Origin: Squalus acanthias
Taxonomy: Eukaryota
DNA: 64,000 bases
Direction: 5' to 3'
NCBI GenBank assembly: GCA_030390025.1
Contig: CM059432.1
Location: 127,598,001-127,662,000, forward strand
The notes beneath the pieces were generated by a model. The model made no database searches. It was not told the origin of the DNA and was given only the letters and a program-made list of their open reading frames with translations. Shown here piece by piece: positions 37,771-51,354 of the stretch (its first letter is position 1; each line of letters begins with the position of its first letter). The position numbers and the translations under genes are program-made.

Positions 37771-38840
37771 TGCGGAAGTCTCCACGAGGTAAAAAAGCAA
37801 TGACAAAATTAGGACAGAAGGAAAAAATATTATCACAATAATGATGTCAATGTGTACAGAGATGCAGACTTCCTGTGAGCGGGAATTTCTAACACAGTTA
37901 TCTCTCCTTTGGTTCTTTTTCTCTAGGAGCTGCTTGAATTGCATACCAAATAAGCAAAATCCCTTTGTCAAATAGGCTTAGTCGCTTCAATCTATAGTTA
38001 AACAGCAATCTTGTTTATTATATAAATGAAGGGTAAGCTTTGTAATGACTTAATTTTTTTGCATATTCTAATATTAATTAAATCTGATTTATTGGAAGAA
38101 ACATAAGAACATAAGACGTAGGAGCAGGTGTAGGTCATTTGGCCCCTCGAGCCTGCTCCGCCATTCAATAAGATCATGGCTGATCTGATCTTGGCCTCAA
38201 CTCCACTTCCCTGCCCGCTCCCCATAACCCTTCACTCCAGTACCATTCAAAAATCTGTCTATCTCCACCTTAAATATATTCAATGAAGGATTGCTCCGGC
38301 CGCTATGTGTAGCAACATTGTAAATGCATTCAAAAGGAAAGTGTTTCGAGTGTCGCCACACACAGCGACCAGAGGAATTCTTCCTCCACAGTGAGCTCAC
38401 AGACTCCAGCAGGCCATGTGAAGGGGGGGACCAAGCAGAGGTGAGGTACGTCACTGAGGGTAGAGTAACCAGAGGGTGTGTCAAACCATTCCACTCTCAC
38501 CTGGTGTGCAGGCCAAGACCAGCGTGAGGCAGAAGCCTGATAATTAGCCCATTTCTGTGTCAGAGATTGGCATAAGGCGGAAGACCTAAGTGGGGAGAAT
38601 GTAGCTGACATAACAGAGGAGAAATATTTATAAATATATTGCTGGGAAAAATTGCAGTTAAGGGTAGCTAGGACTGTAGAATGCAAACGGTAAAATATGT
38701 AACTTTTCTCCACCCAAATGTTTAATTTTTGTCCTGATCAATATGAGGAATACCAGCGATGGGGAATGGAAAATATTTACACTTACTGTACCCAGTGTGG
38801 AGTAGACCAAGCTCAGAGTTTCATTTCCTGCTCTTTTCTC

Positions 38841-38876
38841 AGTTCTGACGAAGGGTTTCGACCTGAAACGTTAACT
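38841..38876 (+). ncRNA. Minimal hammerhead ribozyme motif in a short repeat (~38841-38940)
   Basis: AGTT-CTGACGA-A-GGGT(TTCG)ACCT-GAAA-CGTT-AACT. Confidence 0.65.
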
Positions 38877-41052
38877 CTGTTTCTCTCTCCACGGATGTTG
38901 CCTGGCCTGCTGAGTTTTTCCAGCGTTTTCTGTTGTTTCAGAGTTAACATGTTCTGCTGGCAGAGTAAAGCTACCTCTGCTCCCCTGTTTTTCTACAACT
39001 ATGTATTTTAAACCCATTTCAGAAGAATACCCCATATGGCGCATCACTGTGACACCAGCTCTCCTTAAGGATTCTTTGAGCAAGAGTCAAAAATTATGCT
39101 AAATTATGGACAGTTTTATGTTATGGATTCACATCCATGAAAACTGGGTTCAAACTGCCCAAATTTGTTTCACTTTTGCACCAAAGAGAGGAGATTTTCA
39201 TCACATTAGTTTAGACTGGATTGGGACCGAAGTCTTGTAATGCCACATTCCTCAACAGCACCTTTAACATAGAAAAACATCCCAAGATGCTTCACAAAGG
39301 TGTAATCAGGCATAAATTGGACATCGGGCAAAGAAGGAGCTATTAGGAGGGGTGGCCAAAGTCTTGGTCAAAGAGATGAGTTTTAAGGAGGGCCTTAAAG
39401 GAGGAGAGGGATGTACGGAGGTGGAGGGATTTAGGAAGGGATCTCCAGACTGTGGGGCCTAGACAGCTGAAGACCCCGCCGCCAATGGTGGGATGAAGTG
39501 GGCGGGTGGTGCACACAAGGCCAGAATCAGAGGAATGGAGATTTTGGGAGAGGGTTGTAGGGCTGGAGGAGGTTACAGAGATAGGGAGGGATAAGGCCAT
39601 GAAGATATTTAAACACAAATTTTAAATTTGAAGTCTCAACTGGCCCAAGGCAGAATTGTGCAATAATGGTTTGAGTTTTGATTTTTTTTCTTCTTCCTTT
39701 TACATTTTTGTGCTCATCAAGATTAGAGATGTTCGTGCTAGGGAATGGAACTCTTCCCATTTCAGTATCAAGCACTCCCGGATCAGATGTAGAGTAAGCC
39801 TCCCTCTACTCTGCCCCAACCTCAGAAGCAGACCAGTGCTATTTCTGACACCAGGCATCCTGTGGCCTCTCTGAGTAAGACTGCCAATTCATTGTCAAAC
39901 TACACTTTTGTGCTGTAAGCCTGTGCCCACTCGGAACTGCTGAATTTCACTTCCATAGAACTATTACAGCTAGCAGACAAAGGAGACTATTATCCTGTCA
40001 GTTTGGATTTATTCGAATCTAGGTCCGAGACATTTAATCCACTGCACCACCCATTTTTCCTGAGTATGGAATATTGCTTTGGTACTGATGAAAATCATTG
40101 AAAACATTAGGAGTTTGATTGTCCAAATTAGAGCCATTGGCAAAGCTTCACACAAAGGAGTGCGTATTGGGAATTCAGGTGCAGAGGTCAGCATGCAGTC
40201 ATTAAATTTTCCTTCATTTGATTATAGTGGAGGAAACATGATTCGGCTTTTGCCCAAATTACCCATATGCATTCCCATCATGCAATACTCTGCGTCAGGA
40301 GCGCTAATTCATTACATATGTCCTGGAAGCAAAATAGGAAACAAGTTGACTTCTACATATATATTTTATATAAAACAGACTTGTAAGCCTAAAAATTGGA
40401 TCGTGCTGTGCTCATTTACAGACATAAAACAGACGCCTAAGGCAGGCCATTGAAAAAGTAAATATGGCACGCACTGAAGTGCACTGCCATCCATATTGAT
40501 TAGGGCCCCTCGCAAGCCTCCAGGGCACAGGCCTGAAACAGGCGCTATCCCTTTGCATATGCAAATAGGGGGGCAAACACCTGTTTGAGTCCCTCTTTGC
40601 TAAATTCATTTGGGTTTGGCAGTCAAACCAGTGGTCCTTACAGGGATTGCCGGAGGCCGCCGTCACTGGAAAGGTAAGTTTTATTTTTTTTTACTTTACC
40701 TTATTGTGGAGCCGGAAGGGACAGGAGTGCTTCTCCCAGCTCCACATTAAACCCACAGGCCACTGCTAGCCACCTTTTGCCCCCTCCCGAATGCCCCACC
40801 CCCGAAGGGCCTCAGCCGATGTCCGAGCCAGCCAATCTTGCTGCACCCCCCGGGGGCTGGTGAGCTTGCCAGGAATAGGCAATGAGACCGGCGGAGCAAG
40901 TTGTCGTAGTCCTTATTAGACGCGTGCACTGAAAACGATTATTTCCACATTTTGGATTCCACTTCATAGGATTACATTTTTAGAAATAATTTTACTCTGC
41001 ATTTTCTTCGAGTAAAAGTTGAATGTAGCCAGAATTTAATCCTGTGTCATAA

Positions 41053-41265
<213 letters not shown>

Positions 41266-41616
41266 TAATGATTTCTACCATTATTTGTAAGGTAATAATC
41301 CAGTATCATTGATTTTATAATGTGTATTGCTGTGAGTTGTAAATAGCTGAACAAACAACAAGCTTATCCTATGAAAGCCAATTTACTTAAAATGATCTCA
41401 TTACGATAAGCCTCTAGTAGTGACTAAGTCTTGAGTGCCAGGAATCTATACAATGATATGATAATGGTTGTGAATTACATAGAGTTACATAAAGTCTACA
41501 GCACAGAAACAGGCCATTTGGCCCAACTGGTATTTGCCAGTGTTTATGCTGCGCTCCCACTCCTCTTCATCTCACCCTATCAGCATATCCTTTTATTCCT
41601 TTCTCCCTCATGTTGC

Positions 41617-43585
41617 AGGGAGGGAGAGATCGCCTGGAGGAGAGATCGTGGGATGGGAAGGGAGATCGCAGGGGAGGGAGAGATCACGCAGGGAAGGGAG
41701 AGATCACGGGGGGGGGGGCGGAGGGAGAGATCGCCGGGGGGGGGGAGGGAGAGATCGGGGGGGGGGGAGGAGAGATCGGGGGGGGGGAGGGAGAGATCGC
41801 CGGGGGGGAGGGAAGAGATCGCCGGGGGGGAGGGAGAGATCGCGCGGGGGGGAGGAAGAGATCGCGCGGGGGGGAGGGAGAGATCGCGGGGGGGGAGGGA
41901 GAGATCGCGGGGGGGGAGGGAGAGATCGCGGGGGGGGGAGGGAGAGATCGCGGGGGGGGAGGGAGAGATCGCGGGGGGGGAGGGAGAGATCGCGGGGGGG
42001 GGGAGATCGCGCGGGGGGAGGAAGAGATCGCGCGGGGGGAGGAAGAGATCGCGCGGGGGGGGAGGGAGGGAGAGATCGCGGGGTGGGAGGGAGAGATCGC
42101 GGGGTGGGAGGGAGAGATCGCGGGGGGGGGAGGGAGAGATCGCGGGGGGGGGAGGGAGAGATCGCCGGGGGGGGAGGGAGAGATCGCCGGGGGGGAGGGA
42201 GAGATCGCCGGGGGGGAGGGAGAGATCGCCGGGGGGGAGGGAGAGATCGCCGGGGGGGAGGGAGAGATCGCCGGGGGGGAGGGAGAGATCGCGGGGGGGG
42301 GGAGGGAGAGATCGCGGGGGGGGGGAGGGAGAGATCGCGGGGGGGGGGGAGGGAGAGATCGCGGGGGGGGGAGGGAGAGATCGCGGGGGGGAGGGAGAGA
42401 TCGCGGGGGGGGAGGGAGAGATCGGGGGGGGAGGGAGAGATCGCGGGGGGGAGGGAGAGATCGCGGGGGGGAGGGAGAGATCGCGGGGGGGGAGGGAGAG
42501 ATCGCGGGGGGAGGGAGAGATCGGCCGGGGGGAGGGAGAGATCGGCGGGGGGGGAGGGAGAGATCGGCGGGGGGGGGAGGGAGAGATCGGCGGGGGGGGG
42601 AGGGAGAGATCGGGGGGAGGGAGAGATCGGGGGGAGGGAGAGATCGCGGGGGGGAGGGAGAGATCGCGGGGGGAGGGAGAGATCGCGGGGGGAGGGAGAG
42701 ATCGCGGGGGGAGGGAGAGATCGCGGGGGGAGGGAGAGATCGCAGGGGGAGGGAGAGATCGCAGCGGGGAGGGAGAGATCGCGGGGGGGGAGGGAGAGAT
42801 CGCGGGGGGGGAGGAGGAGATCGCGGGGGGGAGGAGGAGATCGCGGGGGGGAGGAGGAGATCGCGGGGGGAGGGAGAGATCGCGGGGGGAGGGAGAGATC
42901 GCAGCGGGGAGGGAGAGATCGCACGGGGGGAGGGAGAGATCGCACGGGGGGAGGGAGAGATCGCACGGGGGGAGGGAGAGATCGCACGGGGGAGGGAGAG
43001 ATCGCACGGGGGAGGGAGAGATCGCACGGGGGGAGGGAGAGATCGCGGGGGGGGAGGAGGAGATCACGGGGGGGAGGAGGAGATCGCGGGGGGGAGGAGG
43101 AGATCGCGGGGGGGAGGGTGAGTTCGCGGGGGGGGAGGGAGAGATCGCGGGGGGAGGGAGAGATCGCGCGGGGGAGGGAGAGATCACGGGGGGGAGGGAG
43201 AGATCATGGGGGGGAGGGTGAGATCGCGCGGGGGAGGGAGAGATCACGGGGGGGAGGGTGAGATCGCGCGGGGGAGGGAGAGATCACGGGGGGGAGGGAG
43301 AGATCACGGGGGGGAGGGTGAGATCGCGCGGGGGAGGGAGAGATCGCGCGGGGGAGGGAGAGATCGCGCGGGGGAGGGAGAGATCGCGCGGGGGAGGGAG
43401 AGATCGCGCGGGGGAGGGAGAGATCGCGCGGGGGGAGGGAGAGATCGCATGGGGGAGGGAGAGATCGCGCGGGGGAGGGAGAGATCGCGCGGGGGAGGGA
43501 GAGATCGCGCGGGGGAGGGAGAGATCGCGCGGGGGAGGGAGAGATCGCGCGGGGGAGGGAGAGATCGCATGGGGGAGGGAGAGAC
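41617..43585 (+). repeat. G-rich minisatellite, ~20-22 nt unit GGGAGGGAGAGATCGCGGGG(G)n, roughly 90 copies
   Basis: Directly visible; variant units occur in blocks. Confidence 0.97.
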
Positions 43586-44431
43586 CATGGCGGGGGAGGC
43601 AGAGGTGGATTGGGGTCACTTCCACATTTTTACCAGCTTAACCCCTAGCACCCTCGACCCTCTCCCGCCATCGTGGGGGTTAAAATTCCAGCTCTAGGAT
43701 TCATTTTATCAACAGATAATCTAAGACAATTAGTGAAAAATGGGACCATGATTAGTGTTTTTAGACGACTGATACCAACAGGTTCTTTCCTAATGGCTAA
43801 TGAAGCTTATCCCTGGGAACAGGCTCAGTGTTTTTTGTTTTAAACCACTGTACCTGCCAATTTCTTCAGCTTTTAGCCCAAGTGACGGTTCTCTTTCTGA
43901 GGTGTAAATGGCACTGCCATGTGATCCATCCATCACTGCACTGATTCTTCCTCCTGAATGGATGGAGTCACATACGATGGTGGTACAGGGTGTAAACTTC
44001 ACTCGGTTCCTCATCCTCCTGACCGTGCACGGAGTGTGAAAGAGAAGATGCACCAACCCACGCGCACACAGATGTGCAGATGCACACGCATTTGCACACG
44101 CACACATGTGTGAACACGCACACACATACACGCAGACATGTACACGCGCACGCAGGAATTTTCGTTGAAAATTTTGGAACACTTTATTCATGAAACATTT
44201 TGAACTTTTAAACAATCTTTTACAAAGTCATTCACCCCTCAAAAAAATTCTAAGAACATTAACCTTTTTGCAATTTTATCTCGTATTTTATGAAAATAAA
44301 ATCTAGATCAGTTAACCACTTCTACAGATAAACCAAATCCATTACTGAAATTGTAATGGGGAAAAAATCAAGTCTGCTATGTACACTTATTTTTATATTA
44401 AAAGAAATGATTTCCCTTTGTGTCATGAAAG

Positions 44432-44517
44432 GGTAAGGTGCACATGTGGGTGGATATGTTGCCGAGGGATTTGTCTCCTCCACCTCCTGTAGATGTGTCA
44501 CCGCGCAAAGCAATAAG
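44432..44517 (+). pseudogene. FER1L4: Ferlin exon G (GKVHMWVDMLPRDLSPPPPVDVSPRKAI)
   Basis: aag acceptor, gtattc donor, HMWVD motif, phase 0-2. Confidence 0.88.
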
Positions 44518-45094
44518 GTATTCTATTTTTCTATAAATAAGATATTGTTACAAGAAGAAAGCTTTCAATCATATGAATCCCTGCTGGAATTAGATCTGTG
44601 TCAAAAGACTGAGAAAGGTGAATAGATTTTCTGACAATACAGTTTAAGAAAACGCAAAAGAACAACCTGGGGCTGTGACCTCGCTGTGTGTCGTGATCCT
44701 GTGCTAACAAGAGGCTTTTCAAACAAATGAGAGCCTCCGCATGAGGCTCTCATTTGTAGCACAGTCAGTGTTACAGGATCTGCTTCCTGATTTCCGTGCA
44801 TCAGACCTTTCTTGGGTGCAGTTAACTGATTTAGCACAAGTTGCCTTCTTGTCTGCATCCTCCTTTGCTTTGTCCAGATTTGATAGGAGCCAGGAATGAA
44901 ACATTGACTTTATCAGTGAGATGTTACTGAAGCAGGTTCTAAGTGCTGTCTGAAAGGTCAACTACAGTAAGCCAATCAAATAATTGACTACATAAAGATC
45001 TCTGGATTTTTAAAGAATACTTTTTCATTTATAGTGTTTCTCTTAAAGTAAATGGGAGAAAAGAGGTGCAGTATGTAAGGAAAATAGAAAATGA

Positions 45095-48000
45095 TGTGGC
45101 GGATCGCCACCTAAAACGGTCATAATCCACTCTTCCGTCTGTGGACAAATTTCCGGCACCTTACCTTTAAGGCAGAAGGGGGCGGGGCCTCAGGTTTTAC
45201 CCAGAGAATTCTGGGAGCTTTTGAGTCTGCCATTTTGTGCCATGCTGTGATTAAAAGTCTCTTGTTTAACACAAATGGATTCAGCCTTAATTCGTGTTTC
45301 GCGGCAGCCTCAACATTGGTGACCCCGACGCTCAGAACGTATTCCGAGCACTGCAATGGCGGACACGAACACAGTTTCCGTGAAACTGCCGGAGTTTTGG
45401 GAAAACCAGCCCGAAGCCTGGTTTCCCCAAGCTGAATCTCGCTTCCGGCTGCGAAATATCACCACAGATGGAACGAAGTACGACTATCTTGTCACATCAC
45501 TCGGTAGCGCCGCGGTTTCCAAGGTTTGGACAACGCTGCAGAACCCACCAGAGGAAGGCAAGTACGCACATCTCAGGACAGCGCTCCTTAAAAAATTTAC
45601 GGCCTCGGCATATCAGCGAAACTGCCATCTCCTCGACCTTCCAGGCCTCGGTGATGCCTCACCGTCAGACCTCCTCTCCCACATGCTCTCCCTCACCGAC
45701 GAGAGCCCACCCGGATCCCTCTTCCACACGCTGTTCATCTGCCAGCTCCCTCTCAGCATCCGGCCAGCGATCGTGGCGTCCGGCCTCACGAACCTGGAAG
45801 CCCTGGCCGATGAGGCCGACAAGCTGCTGTCCGCTCACTCCAGCCGCGACGTCACTCCGGACCTGGCAGCCAATGCCTGGGTGCGCACCTCACCATCCAG
45901 CACGCGGCCACAAGGGCCTGTCACCAGGCCCACGGGGCCTTCACGCCCCACTAACCCGGGCCACTGTTACTACCACGCACGGTTCGGCGCCAGGGCACAA
46001 CGGTGCACACCTCCCTGCTCTTTCAAGTCCGCCCCCGTTCCAGCCCCCGCGATGGCTGTGGGCCACGCGGGCTCCCTGCTGTTCGTCACGGATGACAAAA
46101 CCGGCCGCCGGGTCCTGTGCGACACTGGGGCTCAGCACAGCATCATCCCGGCCTCCTCCCTCGACATCCAAAAGGGTGAACGAGGACCGGCGCTGGCTGC
46201 TGCTAACGGCTCGGAAATCCAGACGTATGGCACCCGGACAGTCACCCTCGACCTCGCTGGTCACCGCTACCGATGGGAGTTCATCACTGCCAAGGTGCTC
46301 TCCCCCCTCATCGGCGCAGATTTCCTGTGCGCCCACGGCCTACTGGTAGACATCCCTCGTCACCGCCTCGTGGACATGAACACCATGTCCCCCATCCTGG
46401 GCGCCATGGCCCCCCGTCAACCCGCCGACATGGCATCACAGTGCCACGTCCGGGCCACGGATGACTACTCTGCATTCCTGGCCGAATTCCCGGCCCTTAC
46501 CAATCCGACCTTCTCTGCGGAGGCCGCCAAACACGGGGTGGAACACTTCATCCCCACCACAGGCCCCCCAGTGTACGCCCACGCCCGCAGGCTGGACCCG
46601 GCCAAACTGGAGATCGCGCGGACCGAGTTTGCCACCATGGAACAGCTCGGCATCATCCGCCGCTCCAACAGTCCCTGGGCCTCCCCACTCCACATCGCCC
46701 CCAAACCAGGCGGAGGTTGGCGCCCCTGTGGGGATTACTGCCGCCTCAATGACGCCACCACCCCTGATCGGTACCCCGTGCCGCACATTCAGGACTTCTC
46801 GGCTAGACTGGCCGGCCGCTCAGTCTTTTCCAAGGTCGACCTGGTGCGCGGCTACCACTAGGTCCCCGTCCACCCCGCGGACGTCCCCAAGACGGCCGTA
46901 ATCACCCCCTTCGGCCTGTTCAAGTTCCTGCGGATGCCCTTCGGCCTCAAAAACGCGGCCCAGGCATTCCAACGGCTCATGGACTCGGTCCTTCGGGACC
47001 TGAGGTTCCTGTTCGTCTACCTGGACGACATCCTGGTAGCCAGTTCATCCAAGCAGGAACACCTTCGCATCCTGTTCGGGCGCCTCAGCGACCACGGGCT
47101 CATCCTCAGCCCAGCCAAATGCCAGTTCAGCCTGGACAAGATCGACTTCCTCGGCCACCACATCACCCATGCTGGGGCCATTCCCCTGCCCACCAAGGTG
47201 CAGGCCGTCCAACAATTTCCCCGCCCCACCACCATCAAAGGCCTCCAGGAGTTCCTCAGGATGGTGAATTTCTATAACCGCTTCATCCCCAAAGCGGCGT
47301 CCCTCATGAGGCCCCTGTATGAAGCCCTCCGGGGCAGGAGCGGCAAGATGGCGGTCGAATGGACGGCAGACGCGTCCGCCGCCTTCAATTCCACCAAGAC
47401 CGCGCTCGCCAACGCCACCCTGCTCGCGCACCCACGGCCCAATGCCAGGGTAGCGCTCACCACGGATGCCTCCGACCATGCGGTCGGCGCCGTGTATGAG
47501 CAGTGGGTCGACGGCGCCTGGCAACCACTTGCCTTCTTCAGCCGCCAACTACGCCCCCCGGAGGTCAAGTACAGCACCTTCGACCGCGAGCTCCTCGCGC
47601 TGTTCCTGGCGGTCCGCCATTTCCGGTTTTTGCTTGAGGGCCACCCCTTCACTGCGTTTGTCGACCACAAGCCCCTGACATTCGCAATGGCAAAGACAAC
47701 CGACCCCTGGTCCGCCAGGCAGCAGCGCCAGCTCGCGGCAGTGTCCGAGTTCACCACGGACATCCAACACGTCTCCGGCCGAGACAATGTGGTAGCCGAC
47801 TGCCTCTCCCGCCCCGCCATCCACGCTGCACACCTAGCAGTCGACTACGCTCAACTCGCAGCAGACCAGATCACCGACCCTGATCTGCTCTCCGCACCCA
47901 CCAACCTACCAGGGCTACGCCTGGCCGACGTCGCCTGTGGCCCGACCGCAGTCACGGTCAAGTGCGACATATCCCTATGTCAACCTCGGCCCGTCGTCCC

Positions 48001-49419
48001 AGCGTCCTGGCGCCGCCGGGTATTCGACATTCTCCACAACCTCTCCCACCCTGGTGCCCGCGCATCCATCAAATTGGTAGCCAACCGTTTTGTCTGGCGC
48101 GGCCTTCACAAGGATGTGCGTACTTGGGCCAACTCCTGCCTAGCCTGCCAACAGGCCAAGGTACAGCAACACACGAAAGCACCCCTCGAGGAGTTTACCC
48201 TCCCCTCGCGGAGATTCGACCACATCCACGTGGACATCGTCGGACCCCTGCCGCCGTCGCAAGGCCACACGCACTTGCTGACCATCGTTGACCGCACCAC
48301 ACGCTGGCCTGAGGCAATTCCACTGACCTCTACCACCACCGCCGACATCGCCAAAGCCTTCGTCAGCACCTGGGTCGCACGGTTCGGCGTCCCCTCCGAC
48401 ATGACGTCGGACAGAGGTCCGCAATTTACCTCTGAACTCTGGACCGCCGTTGCACGCAATCTCGGGGTGACATTTCACCGCACCACAGCGTACCACCCCC
48501 AAGCCAACGGACTGTGTGAGCGGTTCCACAGATCCTTGAAGGCATCTCTTCGAGCCAGCCTCCAAGACGGCGCCTGGACCGACCGACTTCCGTGGGTCCT
48601 CCTCGGCCTGCGCACCGCGGTTAAAGAAGACCTCCACGCATCGGCAGCAGAGCTCGTGTACGGTCAGCCGCTGCGCGTACCCGGCGAGTTGCTGCCCACC
48701 GCCACGACACACTGGTCAGCCGACCAGCAACGCCACGACTTCGCCTCACCGGTGCTGCAGTTCACCCCGGTGCCCATTGCCCGACACGGCGAATCCACCT
48801 CACACGTCCCACTAAGCCTGCACCAGGCACAGTTTGTTTTCTTCCGGCACGACGCCCATCGCGGACCCCTTCAACCCCCGTACGACGGGCCCTACAAGGT
48901 GCTACAGGCTGGGGACAAATTTTTCACCCTGCAAGTGGGCGACAGGACCGAAAAAGTGTCGGTGGACCGACTCAAGGCAGCACACTCGGAGCCCGGGGAG
49001 CAGGTCCCTGTAGCTCGTAAACCACCGCCGTTGCGGTGACCTGCCCTCAAGCCGGTTCACCCGGCTGCTCCACGCCCGGCCGTTCCACGTCCACCGGCGT
49101 CCTACAAGAGCCGCTCTGGCCGGCCCATCAAACCGCCGCACCGTCTCGTCCACACCTCCTAAGCGGATTCTGGGGGGAGCTGTGTGGCGGATCGCCACCT
49201 AAAACGGGCATAATCCACTCTTCCGTCTGTGGACAAATTTCCAGTACCTTCCCTTTAAGGCACCTTACCTTTAAGGCAGAAGGGGGCGGGGCCTCAGGTT
49301 TTACCCAGAGAATTCTGGGAGCTTTTGAGTCTGCCATTTTGTGCCATGCTGTGATTAAAAGTCTCTTGTTTAACACAAATGGATTCAGCCTTAATTCGTG
49401 TTTCGCGGCAGCCTCAACA
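45095..49419 (+). mobile_element. Ty3/Gypsy LTR retrotransposon, CsRn1 clade, near-intact
   Basis: LTRs 45095-45315 and 49183-49419; TSD ATGA; tRNA-Trp PBS TGGTGACCCCGACG at 45317; PPT; Gag C-x2-H-x9-C-x3-C. Confidence 0.93.
45356..49039 (+). pseudogene. Gypsy gag-pol (Gag, PR DTGA, RT YLDD, RNase H TDASD, integrase, GPY) with one premature TAG
   Basis: Single frame; TAG at 46859-46861 replaces Gln in GYHQ. Confidence 0.92.
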
Positions 49420-51255
49420 ATGACATATTATTTGTTTTGCCAGCCTGTGAACCAGGGCACATTAAAGTGATTTAATCTAGCAACAAAACACACAGTTCTG
49501 TGCTTCCAAATTAATCTTACTGTTTTTAACTAAGATTCCTGCATGCAGACATGGATAGAAAACCGCACTGTCAGCAGGAGTCTGATGGAATGACTGCAAA
49601 CTCGGCCAGGATCTGGTTACGCTGGGCCCGGCCTTCTGTTCAAGTTTCTGGGATGGCCTTATGTGCAGTGGACCATCCGTCCTCCTCTACAAGGGCATCT
49701 GCGTAAGGGAGGCATGGCTGGGGGTAGGGTCTCCTACGTCGTGAGTTCCCGTATCTGTCCCTCATTTACGACCCAGGGGGATTTGGACCTGGACCCCTGA
49801 ACCAGCCAAAACCCTGCTGCTGCTGGCCACTCCACCTGACTTCACAAACCGGGAGGCACACAGCTGGAATTTTCAGGCCCTCATCTACAAAAATACAATT
49901 TCCTCCCCCCACCCCGCCAAGCGTAACAAAATGGAGGCAAATAACACTACGATCTACAATTTTTATTAAAATTATTTTAGTAAATTTAAGTATTTTAACA
50001 GGTCTGCTTCCACGGTTGGGGGTACAGGTGCTGTTTGATTCTCCCAAAAAACAGTTCTAGCACTTCCGTACTGTTGCTCCCATCCCCGCATAGCAGCCTA
50101 CAGATTGGACCTATCACCGCACAGTGGGACAGAAATTGGACCTTGTTACACTCATCAAAAATGTGTACAATGTTGAAGGACTTAGTCTTGACCTAAAGGC
50201 GTCGCTCCCCACTGCTGCCACATCCACAAAAAACCTTAATCGCCGCATGCCCGACTGACCTAGGAACCAGCTTTAAGTTCTTTAAAGCTCTTACTGCGCA
50301 TTTACTAAGATAGTAAAAATCATATTTTTAAAGAACTTATAACTGGTTCCCAGATCACAGAAATGGATGCGAATATAGCACTCTTTCCAGCAACACCGCA
50401 AAGCATTCTTCCACTAAGCCCACCCATTAGGACCCCCTCCCAGTGCTCCCACAGCTAGCAATTCACCATTTCTACATCCTAGAACCTCCCTGCCACAACT
50501 CCAAGACCCGAGGACCACTCCTCCCCAATAAGCAACACCACAAAATCCTTCTGCTCCTCTCACACCCATGTCTCTTCCTCTACGCCCACACTCCTAGACC
50601 AGCCACCCAACACAATATGCAAGGGACATTTCACATTTATGCCAATTAGGGCTCTTGTTAGCTGCATTAGAAATTTTAAAAGATCCTTAATGTAGGTGCG
50701 TTGTTAAACTGGCTGATATTTTCATTACTGATAATTAAATTGATTTCTCAGGAATTGAATGTATTAAGTAAGTGTGTTCCTGCAATTCTGTTAGCACTTC
50801 AGTAATTTTGACAAAATTGAGCATTTCTCCAAATTTTTACAAAAATAGAAATTTCAGCCCCGTTATGTTCAGTTAGTTGCTTCATTTTTCACATTCCTAC
50901 GTAATTCTTTCAGAGCTGTGACTGCTAAACTAGCACACCCATGGCCATTTTCATATAAGAAGATAGGTATTTTTGGAAATACATTAACAGAGGCGTTAAA
51001 AAGATCACACCAAGGTAATTAATCCCTTGGATTAGTTGCTGGAAGGAGCTAAAGATTTGATTCATGGCTTTTAAAAACAAACATAGAATGGATTCACAAT
51101 GTAGTCACCATTACTCATATTTATCACATTGTTAATTCCTTCATGCTGCCCTTAAGGTGTACTTTTTTTCAAATAAGCTGTTTGCTTTTGAGCTGAAGAC
51201 TGACCCATTTTGCTCATGTAATGCATTTTAAAATGATTTTCTTTGTTTTGTCTAG

Positions 51256-51354
51256 TTATGAGCTAAGAGTAATCATCTGGAATACAGAGGATGTTATCTT
51301 GGATGATGAAAATCCAAGCACGTGACAAAAATCCAGTGACATTTATGTTAAAGG
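51256..51354 (+). pseudogene. FER1L4: Ferlin exon H, C2F start (YELRVIIWNTEDVILDDENPST*QKSSDIYVKG)
   Basis: tctag acceptor; TGA at 51323-51325 where Gly is expected; donor reads ATAATT. Confidence 0.92.

Noticed and set aside
39023..39100. EYPIWR as a remnant of the missing GYNxWRD exon
   Set aside because: Wrong phase after the AG and no downstream similarity; probably chance
41431..43697. Several 400-600 aa Gly/Arg- or Pro-rich ORFs
   Set aside because: Open in all six frames because the minisatellite contains no stop codons
46859..46861. TAG as a programmed gag-pol readthrough
   Set aside because: It lies inside RT at the conserved GYHQ (CAG>TAG), not at the gag/pol boundary
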